NCBI GenBank assembly: GCA_902806325.1
Contig: CADCWE010000087.1
Coordinates: 17,660 to 81,659, forward strand
Length of the DNA: 64,000 nucleotides
Source of the DNA: an uncultured Thermomicrobiales bacterium
GTDB taxonomy: Bacteria > Chloroflexota > Chloroflexia > Thermomicrobiales > UBA6265
Reading direction: 5' to 3'
Shown here: in pieces, positions 40,710 to 49,740 of the stretch
How positions within the stretch are numbered: the stretch's first letter is position 1
Layout of the letters: every line of letters starts with the position of its first letter
Program-made: the position numbers and the translations under genes
Notes under the pieces: generated by a model
The model's input: only the letters and a program-made list of their open reading frames with translations
Database searches by the model: none
What the model was told of the DNA's origin: nothing

Positions 40710-41783
40710 TTATCCGATGGCTTGCCGCGCCTGCGCGATTTTGGCTCTGAAGACCGGACTGGCGGCGAGGATGGTTTCGGCTTCGGCCAACGACCGGCGC
40801 GCTTCCTCGGTCTGGCCCATGGCGCCCAGGGCGCGCCCCCGCAGATAGTGCGCGCGCCCATCGTCGGGGCGCCGGTCCAGCAGCGGATCGAGGGCGGCCA
40901 GGGCGGCGGTGGGATCGTTTCGGCCGAGCTGCGCTTCCGCCAGCAGCCGGGCCGCCTCGTCCGCCCGGAAGGGGTCGGCGACGGCGGACGACGCGGCAAG
41001 GACGGCCAGGTCCCATTGCCCGCGTTCGGCCGCGACGGCGGCCCGGGTCAGCGCCGTGTCCGTGGGCGAGGTGCCCCGAGCGTCGTCAGCCGCGGCCAGC
41101 GCCGCGTCGGCCGCCGCCGGGTCGCCGGACCATGCCAGGATCCTGGCCCGCAACAGCAGGAGCCGGGCATCGGCGGCAAGGGCGGTCAAGCGGTCCAGCT
41201 CCTCCAGCCCCCGATCCAGATCCGCCGGGTCGCCACGAAATTCGTACCGGGCGGCGAAGACGCGCGCCGCGAGCAGCGCGGCCTCGGCGCTGGTGGGATC
41301 GGCGGCGACCGCCCGGTTGGCGTCGTCGAGCGCGGCCTGGTAGGCGGCCGGGTCACCTCGTGCCCGTTCCAGGAGAACCGACGCCCGGCCGGCATAGGCG
41401 GCGCCGAGACCGGGATCGCGCGTCAACGCGGCGGTGTAATCGGCCTCGGCGCCGTCCAGGTCGCCAACCGCGAACCGGGACCTGGCCCGGTCGAGCAGCG
41501 CCGTGCCCGCTGGTTGGGGCGAGCCGGCAGCGGCGAAGACGGTCGCGGCGTCGACCGGGTGACCGGCCGCCAACAACGCCGAGCCGGTGGCGATCGGCCC
41601 GGCCGAGAGGGGCGGCGCGGCGGGCGTGGCCGCGAACGGGGTCCGGAGCGGAAACGGCGTCGGCGTGTTCGCCAGGTCTCGGTTGGTGGCCGCGTCGCAG
41701 GACGCCAGCGCCGCGGCGACCATCACCACCAACGCCAGGTTGGCGCCTTGGCGGGTGGTTCGCGCGGTGATGCTCCAAGCCAT
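40710..41783 (-). CDS. TPR-repeat lipoprotein-like protein
   Basis: ATG at 41781-41783 is codon 128 of the listed ORF. The lipobox-like signal is LALVVMVAAALASC. Alanine-rich TPR-like repeats continue to the C-terminus. Confidence 0.7.
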   Translation of the reverse strand: MAWSITARTTRQGANLALVVMVAAALASCDAATNRDLANTPTPFPLRTPFAATPAAPPLSAGPIATGSALLAAGHPVDAATVFAAAGSPQPAGTALLDRARSRFAVGDLDGAEADYTAALTRDPGLGAAYAGRASVLLERARGDPAAYQAALDDANRAVAADPTSAEAALLAARVFAARYEFRGDPADLDRGLEELDRLTALAADARLLLLRARILAWSGDPAAADAALAAADDARGTSPTDTALTRAAVAAERGQWDLAVLAASSAVADPFRADEAARLLAEAQLGRNDPTAALAALDPLLDRRPDDGRAHYLRGRALGAMGQTEEARRSLAEAETILAASPVFRAKIAQARQAIG

Positions 41784-41881
41784 GTCGTCTCGCGGATCGC
41801 ATCGCGTCGTCGGTGTCTCCCCAGACGGTACCCGGTGCGGCCCACCTGGGGCAAGGGTCCGCCGATCGGCGGGTGGCTCGT

Positions 41882-41890
41882 TGGTACACT
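41882..41890 (+). promoter_or_regulatory. extended -10 element TGGTACACT
   Basis: TGnTACACT lies about 40 nt upstream of the ATG at 41932. The same TGnTACACT element recurs at 46520-46528. Confidence 0.35.
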
Positions 41891-41931
41891 GGACGGCACA
41901 ACGGGTGAACGGGCAGCGACAGGAGCACGAG

Positions 41932-42228
41932 ATGGACCAATCCAAGGACGCGGATCTCGATCGCCAAGGCGCCCGGTCGTCCCAATCGGTTTGGGAGCAA
42001 GCGGAAGCGGCGGACGGTCCACTCGGCCCCGAACCGTCGGCGACCGCGACGCCACCACCGTCGCCGCCCGGGGACGAGTTGAGCGACAAGCTGAAGCCGG
42101 TGGTGCTGGCGGCTGAGGACGCCGCGGCAAAGGCCGTGGTGCTGTCGACAAAGGGGTTGAACAAGCTCGGCGCGTTCTTGGAGCGACGACGGCGCAGCCG
42201 AAGCGACCAGGAGCACGGGCCGAACTGA
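41932..42228 (+). CDS. hypothetical small protein (98 aa)
   Basis: ATG at 41932 is preceded by AGGAG (41921-41925) and by an extended -10. Third-position codon bias is G/C. No family recognised. Confidence 0.5.
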   Translation: MDQSKDADLDRQGARSSQSVWEQAEAADGPLGPEPSATATPPPSPPGDELSDKLKPVVLAAEDAAAKAVVLSTKGLNKLGAFLERRRRSRSDQEHGPN

Positions 42229-42310
42229 CCGGATCCGGCGCCCGACGTCCGCGCCCGGGCGACGGGCCGTTTGGCGCGCCCGTCTCGAGTGGCCGTTCAC
42301 CTGACCGCGC

Positions 42311-42340
42311 TTGACGGTCGATCCCGGTGCCCCGTATCAT
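42311..42340 (+). promoter_or_regulatory. candidate promoter for the rny operon
   Basis: TTGACG (42311-42316), an 18-nt spacer, then TATCAT (42335-42340). It leaves a leader of about 150 nt before the rny ATG. Confidence 0.45.
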
Positions 42341-42492
42341 CCCGGACGGAGAGGGACAACGCGCCGCTTCACGCCCCTGGGCCGCGCGATCAGCGGCGGC
42401 CTGGGTGTTGGTGGTGAGCGCCGGACACCTTTTGCGAACGCGATTGCCCCACGGTGGGGCGCTGGCACAACCCAACACGAGGAGCAACGCCG

Positions 42493-44058
42493 ATGAACCC
42501 CATCGTTGCGTTTGTCCTCGGTGCGCTGCTCGCCGGAATCCTAGCCGCCGCCGCGATCTACTTCTTCCTCGAGAGGCGGGCCGATTCGCGCCTCCGCCAA
42601 TCGCGGGCGGAGGCCGATCGGGTGTTGGCGGACGCGGAAACCCGGCGCCGGGACGCGGCGATCGAGGCGAAGGACGAAGCGATTCGCTTGCGCGGGGAGT
42701 TGGACAAGGAGCTGACCCAACGCCGCAAGGAGATCGAACGGATCGAGCAGCGGATCGAGCAAAAAGAAGAATCTATTGACCGCAAGTCGGCCGGTCTGGA
42801 GGATCGCGAGCAACGCGTCCGCAAGAAAGAGCAAGCGGTCGCCCAAGTCGAAGACGCTTGGGACCAGGAGAAGCAGCGCCAGCAGCGCGAACTCGACCAG
42901 GCGCGGAACAAGCAGGTTCAGGAGTTGGAACGGATCTCCGGCTTGTCGGCCGACGACGCCAAGCGCGAGCTGGTGACGGAGGTCGAGGTCGAGGCCCGGG
43001 CGATGGGCGCCCGTCGCCTGCGCGAGATCGAACTGGAAGTCAACGAGGAAGCGGACAAGCGGTCGCGCAAGATCCTGGCGACCACGATCCAGCGGATCGC
43101 CGCCGACTACGTGACCGAGACCACGGTCTCGGTGGTGCCCTTGCCCAGCGACGACATGAAAGGCAGGATCATCGGCCGCGAGGGCCGCAACATCCGCGCC
43201 TTGGAGCAGGCCACCGGCGTCGACCTGATCGTCGACGACACGCCGGAAGCGATCATGGTCTCCGGCTACGACCCGGTCCGCCGCGAAGTCGCTCGACGCG
43301 CCCTGGCCAAGCTGCTCCAGGACGGCCGGATCCACCCGGCGCGGATCGAAGAGATCGTCACCAAGTGCCGCCTCGAACTCGAAGAGGTGATGCGGGAAGA
43401 AGGCGAGAAGATCGCCTACGAGGCGAACGTGCCGGGGTTGCACCCGGACCTGATCAAGCTGCTCGGCCGGCTCAAGTTCCGCACCAGCTACGGCCAGAAC
43501 GTGCTCGGCCATTCGCTGGAGGTGTCGATGATCGCCGCCGGGTTGGCGGCCGAACTCGGTGCCGACATCAACGTCAGCAAGACCGCCGGGTTGCTGCACG
43601 ACATCGGAAAGGCCGTCGACCACGAGGTCGAAGGCCCGCACGCACTGATCGGCGCCGACATCGCCAAACGGCTCGGCCGCTCGCCGAAGATCGTCCACGC
43701 CATCGCCGCCCACCACGGCGAGGAAGAACCGGCCACGGTGGAGGCGTTCATCGTCGCCACCGCGGACGCGATCAGCGGCGCCCGCCCCGGCGCCCGGCGC
43801 GAGATGGTCGAGAATTACATCAAGCGCCTGGAAGCCCTCGAAGGGGTCGCCAACTCCTTCGAAGGCGTCGAGAAGAGTTTTGCGATCCAGGCCGGGCGCG
43901 AGGTCCGGATCCTGGTCCAGCCGCAGACCGTGGACGATCTCGGCGCGTCCCGGCTGGCGCGCGACGTGGTCAAAAAGATCGAGGAGAGCCTGGAGTATCC
44001 CGGCCAAATCAAGGTCACGGTGATCCGGGAAACGCGGGCCGTGGACTATGCTCGGTAG
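42493..44058 (+). CDS. rny: ribonuclease Y
   Basis: ATG at 42493 follows GAGGAG. The protein has an N-terminal TM helix and a coiled coil. The KH domain is [15 protein letters not shown] and the HD domain is [12 protein letters not shown]. Confidence 0.9.
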   Translation: MNPIVAFVLGALLAGILAAAAIYFFLERRADSRLRQSRAEADRVLADAETRRRDAAIEAKDEAIRLRGELDKELTQRRKEIERIEQRIEQKEESIDRKSAGLEDREQRVRKKEQAVAQVEDAWDQEKQRQQRELDQARNKQVQELERISGLSADDAKRELVTEVEVEARAMGARRLREIELEVNEEADKRSRKILATTIQRIAADYVTETTVSVVPLPSDDMKGRIIGREGRNIRALEQATGVDLIVDDTPEAIMVSGYDPVRREVARRALAKLLQDGRIHPARIEEIVTKCRLELEEVMREEGEKIAYEANVPGLHPDLIKLLGRLKFRTSYGQNVLGHSLEVSMIAAGLAAELGADINVSKTAGLLHDIGKAVDHEVEGPHALIGADIAKRLGRSPKIVHAIAAHHGEEEPATVEAFIVATADAISGARPGARREMVENYIKRLEALEGVANSFEGVEKSFAIQAGREVRILVQPQTVDDLGASRLARDVVKKIEESLEYPGQIKVTVIRETRAVDYAR

Positions 44059-44127
44059 TTGCTCGATCACCGCGGTCAACCCGGCCAACTCGTGACCGAA
44101 GGCGAGACCGGCTCCGCGGCGGAAGCG

Positions 44128-44973
44128 ATGCGGTTGCGTGTCCTCGCCGTCGGCGACGTGATCGGGGCGCCGGGGCGAAGCGGCCTGCGGCGCATCCTGC
44201 CGCGGTTGCGCGCCGAACTCGGCGTGGATTTGGTCATCGCCAACGGCGAGAACAGCGCCGGGGGACGCGGCATCTCGCTCAAGACGGCGACCGAACTGCG
44301 CGACGCCGGGGTGGACGCGATCACGACCGGCAACCACGTCTGGTCCCAACCCGACATCGAGCAAGTCCTGGCCGACGACGACCTCCGCGTCGTCCGCCCG
44401 CTCAACTTTCCCGGCGAGCCGCCGGGACGAGCGTCGGTGACGTTGACCGTGCGCGGTCACCCGATAACCGTGGTCAGCCTGATGGGACGGGTCTTCATGA
44501 CCGCGCTCGACGATCCGTTCCGGGCGATGGACGCCTTTCTGCTCGATGGGGGGGCGGGAACGGACCCGCGCCCGCTCGTTGTCGTAGACTTCCACGCCGA
44601 GGCGACGTCCGAGAAGGTGGCCATGGGCTGGCACCTGGCCGGTCGCGTGGCGGCGGTTGTCGGCACGCACACCCACGTGCCGACCGCGGACGCCCGTGTG
44701 CTGCCGGGGGAGACCGGGTACGTGACCGATCTCGGGATGGTCGGCCCGGTCGACTCGATCATCGGCGCCCCGGTGGAGCAAGCGCTGCGCCGGTTCCTCA
44801 CCCAGCGACCCGGGCGCTCCGGGGTCGCCGAAGGCCAGGTCACCTTCAACGCCGTGCTGCTCGAACTCGACGCCGCGCGCGGCACCTGCCGCGCCGTGCG
44901 CCGCATCGATCTGTTGGACACGAGCGCGCCGCCGGATCATCGGGCGCGTTCACAAGGGGGTTCCCGCGGATGA
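44128..44973 (+). CDS. ymdB: YmdB-family metallophosphoesterase (2',3'-cyclic-nucleotide phosphodiesterase type)
   Basis: The start is MRLRVLAVGDVIGAPG. The motifs are NGENSAGG, TTGNHVW, DFHAEATSEK and GTHTHVPTAD. Confidence 0.9.
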   Translation: MRLRVLAVGDVIGAPGRSGLRRILPRLRAELGVDLVIANGENSAGGRGISLKTATELRDAGVDAITTGNHVWSQPDIEQVLADDDLRVVRPLNFPGEPPGRASVTLTVRGHPITVVSLMGRVFMTALDDPFRAMDAFLLDGGAGTDPRPLVVVDFHAEATSEKVAMGWHLAGRVAAVVGTHTHVPTADARVLPGETGYVTDLGMVGPVDSIIGAPVEQALRRFLTQRPGRSGVAEGQVTFNAVLLELDAARGTCRAVRRIDLLDTSAPPDHRARSQGGSRG

Positions 44974-45584
44974 ATCGGTTCTTCAGCAAACTCGATTTGC
45001 GCGACATCAAGATCGATCCGCAGGGAACGCGGTTCCCGCACGACGCCGACGAGCCCGAGCCGGGGACAGAGACGGCGATGGACCACGACCCGGCGCCGGC
45101 GTTCGCCGCGACCGGGAACGGTGGCACTCCGATCTCCACCGAAGAACCGATCGTCCCGGCCACCAACGGCGCGGCGGTCCTTGGCGACGGGCGGCCGACG
45201 GCATGGGAGGAGGGTCAGGCAACCGCCACGCCGGGTCTCGACGATCCGGCGGCGATTCACGGCGTCGGCAACGGCCACGTCGCCTCCACCCTATCGAACC
45301 CGGGCACCGGACCCGAGCGCAACGGCGAAGTGCTGAAGGTGTCCGCGCGGTCGCGCCCCAGCGCCGTCGCGGGGGCAATCGCCGGCGTGGTGCGCGATTC
45401 GGGCCGGGCCGAGGTCCAAGCGATCGGCGCCGGGGCCACCAATCAGGCGGTCAAGGCGGTCGCGATCGCCCGCGACTATTTGCGGGAGACCGGGATCGAG
45501 GCGGTCTGCCTGCCCGCGTTTATCGACATCACGATCGAGAACGAGGACCGGACCGCGATCTTGCTCGTCGTCGAACCCCGGTGA
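44970..45584 (+). CDS. spoVS: SpoVS-family protein, possibly with a 120-residue N-terminal extension
   Basis: The last 84 codons are near-canonical SpoVS (VLKVSARSRPSAVAGAIAGVV..AIGAGATNQAVKAVAIAR..ILLVVEPR). The frame is open back to an ATG at 44970 that overlaps the ymdB stop as ATGA. An alternative short start is the GTG at 45330, which has no obvious RBS. Confidence 0.75.
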   Translation: MNRFFSKLDLRDIKIDPQGTRFPHDADEPEPGTETAMDHDPAPAFAATGNGGTPISTEEPIVPATNGAAVLGDGRPTAWEEGQATATPGLDDPAAIHGVGNGHVASTLSNPGTGPERNGEVLKVSARSRPSAVAGAIAGVVRDSGRAEVQAIGAGATNQAVKAVAIARDYLRETGIEAVCLPAFIDITIENEDRTAILLVVEPR

Positions 45585-46438
45585 TTCCGCGGGCGCCAAC
45601 GTCCGGCGGGCCGAATCCCGTCGATCTCCACGCCCACACCACCGTCTCCGACGGGATGTTGGCTCCCGCCGCGTTGGTCCAGGAGGCCGCGCGGCGGGGA
45701 CTGCGCGTGCTCGGGATCACCGACCACGACACGGTCGGCGGGTTGGACGAGGCCGAGACGGAAGCGGGGCGGCTCGGGCTGACGCTCGTGCCGGGGATCG
45801 AGCTGGGTAGCGATGGCGGCGGGACCGGGCACGAGATTCACGTCCTTGGCTACTTTGTCGAGCGGCGCGACCCGGGTTTCTTGGACGCGCTCGACGGGTT
45901 GGCGGCGCGCCGCCGGGAGCGGGTCGACCGGATTATCCAACGCCTGGCCGAGGTCGGGGCCCCGGTGGCGGCGGAGCGGGTGGCCGAGATCAGTGGCACC
46001 GGCTCGGTCGGTCGACCGCATGTGGCACGGGCGATGGTCGAGGCCGGTCACGTCCCGGATTTGCCGGCCGCGTTCGACCGCTTCCTCGCCTCTGGGCGCC
46101 CCGCCTACGTGCCGCGCCACCCGTTCTCGCCCGAGGACGCGGTTCGCCTCGTGCGCGATGCCGGAGGGGTGCCGGTGCTGGCCCACCCGCTGACCACCGG
46201 GGACGTCGAAGCCACCGTGGACCGGTTGGTCAAGGTCGGGTTGAAGGGCATGGAGGTCTACTACGGAGCCTACCCTCCCGAGACCCAAACCGCCCTGCGG
46301 GCGATCGCCGACGAGAAGGGTCTGGTACCCAGCGGTGGGAGCGACTTCCACGGCTGGGCCGGCAAGACCGGGCGCGATCTCGGCGGCCCCGCGGTGCCCG
46401 AGGACACCGCCGACCTGCTGTTTGCCGCGCGGGGATGA
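45581..46438 (+). CDS. PHP-domain phosphoesterase (TrpH/YciV-like)
   Basis: GTG at 45581 overlaps the spoVS stop as GTGA. The PHP motifs are VDLHAHTTVSDG, GITDHD, VLAHP and GGSDFHG. Confidence 0.8.
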   Translation: MIPRAPTSGGPNPVDLHAHTTVSDGMLAPAALVQEAARRGLRVLGITDHDTVGGLDEAETEAGRLGLTLVPGIELGSDGGGTGHEIHVLGYFVERRDPGFLDALDGLAARRRERVDRIIQRLAEVGAPVAAERVAEISGTGSVGRPHVARAMVEAGHVPDLPAAFDRFLASGRPAYVPRHPFSPEDAVRLVRDAGGVPVLAHPLTTGDVEATVDRLVKVGLKGMEVYYGAYPPETQTALRAIADEKGLVPSGGSDFHGWAGKTGRDLGGPAVPEDTADLLFAARG

Positions 46439-46519
46439 ATCACCGCGCCTCGACGAACTCGCCGCCGATCCGGTAGGACCGACGAAGTAGGCGCCGCGCA
46501 CGGCCCGACCAAGGCGTCG

Positions 46520-46528
46520 TGCTACACT
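46520..46528 (+). promoter_or_regulatory. extended -10 element TGCTACACT upstream of the yacL-like operon
   Basis: TGnTACACT lies 224 nt upstream of the ATG at 46752, in a 313-nt intergenic region. Confidence 0.3.
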
Positions 46529-46751
46529 CGGACCATACCCAGCGCGACTCCGCTCGGACTGTGGAATGGCGCCGTTGCCCAGTCTGGGATTCGTCATCAT
46601 CGCCGGGCGTCGCTACCGTCCGCTGTCATGACCCGATCCGACGTCCCTGACTCCGCCGAGCGCGGAGGTCCGGGCCGCGGCGGGTGGAGAATGCCCGGCC
46701 ATGGGCGGTCGTACGCCAACTCAGCCCCCTGGAGCGACTGCGCCTCGGCCG

Positions 46752-47861
46752 ATGTCCGACGCCCTCCGTATCGGATTGCGGTTCGTCGGACTGGCGCTGG
46801 GGATCGTGCTCGGGTGGGGGACTGGCTCCCTGCTCTCCCTGTTGGGCGACCCGGAGAACCCGCGCGCGACGTTGTTCTTCATCGTCACCGCGGTCGGCGG
46901 GATCGGCTACGTGCTCGGGCCGCACTTGAGCCGGGCCATCTTCCGCAACCTGCACGGCGTCGTCCGGGCCGCCTCGCTGGTGGATCTGATCGCGGTCGCG
47001 GTCGGGGCGGGTTTCGGCGGGCTGCTCTCGGCGTTGCTGGCGGTGCCGTTGTCGCTGCTCCCCGATCCGCTCGGCCCGACGCTGCCGTTCGTGGTCGCGG
47101 TGCTGGTCACCGGCTTGGCGATCGTCGTCGCCTTGATCCGGAAGCGGGATCTGATCGCGCCGTGGGTGCGGAGCGTCGCGCCGTCTGAGCCCGCGGCGGC
47201 GCTGCCGACCGCTCCGGGTGACGCCCCGGTTCCGGAACCGAACGCGGTGCTGCTGGACACCAGCGTGATCATCGACGGGCGGATCGTCGACCTGTGGCGC
47301 ACCGGTTTCCTCGACGCGCGCCTGCTGGTGCCCCGCTTCGTCCTTGAAGAAGTGCAACACGTCGCCGATTCGGAGGACCCGGTGCGGCGCGGGCGCGGTC
47401 GGCGCGGGTTGGAGATCCTGGAGCGGCTGCGCCGGGAGGCCCCAGACCAGATCGAGATCTTGGACGTGCCGTACGACCGCGCCCAGGCGCGCGACGTGGA
47501 CGGCCATCTCGTCCGGCTCGCCATGGCACGCGGGATCCGGATCGTGACCAACGACCACAATTTGAACCGCGTGGCGTCGTTGCAAGGCGTGCGGGTCCTC
47601 AACCTCCACGAGCTGACCGCCGCGCTTCGCCCGCCGGTGCTGCCGGGGGAGGAACTGCACTTGAGGGTGGTCCAGGAAGGACGCGACGCCGGGCAAGGGG
47701 TGGGATTCTTGGACGATGGGACGTTGGTGGTCGTGGATGGCGGGCGGCCCCTGGTCGGCCGGGAAACCACGGTCACCGTGACCCGTTTGCACCAGACCGG
47801 CGCCGGGCGGATGATCTTCGCGGTGCCCAGCCCGGGCGTGCCGAGCCATGCCGGAGCCTGA
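46752..47861 (+). CDS. membrane-anchored PIN + TRAM domain protein (YacL-like)
   Basis: ATG at 46752 is codon 18 of the listed ORF. Four hydrophobic helices come first. The PIN domain follows (VLLDTSVIIDGRI, IVTNDHNLN), then the TRAM domain (VGFLDDGTLVVVDG). The gene order yacL-ispD-ispF matches Bacillus. Confidence 0.8.
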   Translation: MSDALRIGLRFVGLALGIVLGWGTGSLLSLLGDPENPRATLFFIVTAVGGIGYVLGPHLSRAIFRNLHGVVRAASLVDLIAVAVGAGFGGLLSALLAVPLSLLPDPLGPTLPFVVAVLVTGLAIVVALIRKRDLIAPWVRSVAPSEPAAALPTAPGDAPVPEPNAVLLDTSVIIDGRIVDLWRTGFLDARLLVPRFVLEEVQHVADSEDPVRRGRGRRGLEILERLRREAPDQIEILDVPYDRAQARDVDGHLVRLAMARGIRIVTNDHNLNRVASLQGVRVLNLHELTAALRPPVLPGEELHLRVVQEGRDAGQGVGFLDDGTLVVVDGGRPLVGRETTVTVTRLHQTGAGRMIFAVPSPGVPSHAGA

Positions 47862-48555
47862 GCATGGCTTCGCCGCCGTCGTGATCGTCGCCGCCGGGAG
47901 CGGGACCCGCTTCGGCGCGCCGGACAAGGTCCTGCTTCCGCTGAATGGTCAACCGGTGCTGGCGCATGCCCTCGACTCGGCCGAGGCGGCCGCGACGGTC
48001 CGGGACGCGGTCGTGGTGGTCGGGGACCACACCCGCGTCGCCGTCGAAACGCTGATCGGTGCCGGGCCGTGGACCAAGGTCCGGCGCGTGGTGGTCGGCG
48101 GGGCGCGGCGGCAGGACTCGGTCGTCCGGGGGGCGGCGGCGGTGGCGGGCGACGTGTCCATCGTCGTGGTCCACGACGGCGCCCGGCCGTTGGCTCCCGC
48201 GTCGCTGTTCGATGCCTGTGCACGGGCCGCGTGGGAGCGGGGGGCGGCGATCGCCGCCGTGCCGGTCGCGGATACCCTGAAACGGGTCGCCGGGGATCGG
48301 ATCGCGGCGACGGTCTCGCGAGACGGACTTTGGGCCGCCCAAACCCCTCAGGCGTTCCGACGGGATGTCCTGGCCAGGGCGTTTGCCTTCGGGGATCGGG
48401 ACCCGGCCGGGGTGACCGACGAGGCGGCCTTGGTCGAGGCCCTGGGGGAACCGGTGTTCGTGGTCGAAGGCCGGTTCGACAACCTCAAGATCACGCGGCA
48501 GGACGATCTGGCGCTCGCTCACGCGCTGCTGCAGCTCCGGGATCGTCGGCCGTGA
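47848..48555 (+). CDS. ispD: 2-C-methyl-D-erythritol 4-phosphate cytidylyltransferase
   Basis: The motifs are [26 protein letters not shown] and TPQAF. It overlaps the previous gene by 14 nt. Confidence 0.9.
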   Translation: MPEPEHGFAAVVIVAAGSGTRFGAPDKVLLPLNGQPVLAHALDSAEAAATVRDAVVVVGDHTRVAVETLIGAGPWTKVRRVVVGGARRQDSVVRGAAAVAGDVSIVVVHDGARPLAPASLFDACARAAWERGAAIAAVPVADTLKRVAGDRIAATVSRDGLWAAQTPQAFRRDVLARAFAFGDRDPAGVTDEAALVEALGEPVFVVEGRFDNLKITRQDDLALAHALLQLRDRRP

Positions 48556-49058
48556 GCGGACCAGCTCCGGTGCGGACGGGCATCGGCTACGACGCGCATC
48601 GGTTCGCCTCTGGGCGCCCGTTGGTGCTTGGCGGGGTGCGGATCGCGCACGAGCGCGGGTTGGACGGGCACTCGGACGCCGACGTGGTGCTGCACGCGAT
48701 CGCCGACGCCGTCCTCGGCGCCGCCGCACTGGGGGACATCGGCCACCATTTCCCGCCGGGCGACCCCCGCTTCGCCGGCGCCGACCGCCGTGTGTTGGTG
48801 TCCGAGGCCGTGGCGCTGGTGGCGGCCGCGGGGTACCGGGTGTCCAACGTCGACGCGACCGTGATCGCCGAGGCGCCGAAACTGGCGCCGCACGTCGCGG
48901 CGATGCGACGCGAAATCGGGGCCTGCTTGGGCCTGGCACCGGACGCGGTCGGCGTCAAGGCGACCACCAACGAGGGGATGGGGTTTGTCGGCCGGGGCGA
49001 AGGCATCGCCGCGATCGCCGTCGCCACGCTGGCGCCGCTGGCGGCGGATCGGCCCTGA
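48552..49058 (+). CDS. ispF: 2-C-methyl-D-erythritol 2,4-cyclodiphosphate synthase
   Basis: GTG at 48552 overlaps the ispD stop as GTGA. The motifs are [20 protein letters not shown] and DIGHHFPP. Confidence 0.9.
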   Translation: MSGPAPVRTGIGYDAHRFASGRPLVLGGVRIAHERGLDGHSDADVVLHAIADAVLGAAALGDIGHHFPPGDPRFAGADRRVLVSEAVALVAAAGYRVSNVDATVIAEAPKLAPHVAAMRREIGACLGLAPDAVGVKATTNEGMGFVGRGEGIAAIAVATLAPLAADRP

Positions 49059-49549
49059 TGCGCGTGTTGCTGCAGCGGGTGACGCGGGCGCGTGTCACCG
49101 TCGGCACCGTCACGGTTGGGGAGATTGGCCGCGGCTTGCTCCTGTTCGCCGGGGCGACCCACCACGACCGCCCGGAGGACGCCGACTTCCTGGCCGCCAA
49201 GGTCGCCAATCTCCGCGTGTTCGCCGATGACGCCCGGCAGATGAACCGGTCACTGCTCGACCTCCACCGCGCCGGGGAGCAAGTCGCGGTGATGGTGGTG
49301 TCGCAATTCACCTTGTACGCGGACGCGCGGAAGGGCCGCCGACCGAGCTTCGTCGGCGCCGCCCGGCCGGAGCGGGCCGAGCCGCTGGTGGCGCGGCTGG
49401 TGACCGCCCTGAGGGCGCTGGGGCCGGCGGTGGCGGACGGGAGCTTCGGGGCGAGGATGGCCGTCGAATCGGTCAATGACGGGCCGGTTACGCTCTGGTT
49501 GGACACCGCCGACCTGCGCCAGGCCGTACCGCCCACCGGCGGAAAATAG
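49058..49549 (+). CDS. dtd: D-aminoacyl-tRNA deacylase
   Basis: The ATG overlaps the ispF stop by 1 nt. The motifs are [16 protein letters not shown] and NDGPVTLWLD. Confidence 0.9.
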   Translation: MRVLLQRVTRARVTVGTVTVGEIGRGLLLFAGATHHDRPEDADFLAAKVANLRVFADDARQMNRSLLDLHRAGEQVAVMVVSQFTLYADARKGRRPSFVGAARPERAEPLVARLVTALRALGPAVADGSFGARMAVESVNDGPVTLWLDTADLRQAVPPTGGK

Positions 49550-49740
49550 GACTTTTCGGCCGCAGCCGCACCGGACCCCCGCCCCTATACTCGACCTACC
49601 TCGGGAGCGCCAGGGAGCGGGTCAACGCGGCCCGTCGGTCCTCGGAGAAGGCGTCGTTGGGTCGTGGCCTCCAATCGGGCATTCCGCGCTCCCGTTGCCG
49701 GTCCTGCCCCAGGACCGGCCGATCGTGGAGGTTCTTCGAC

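Noticed and set aside
42541-44940. 799-aa ORF on the minus strand
   Set aside because: It is antisense to rny and ymdB, which carry unambiguous KH/HD and metallophosphoesterase motifs. It is a typical shadow ORF.
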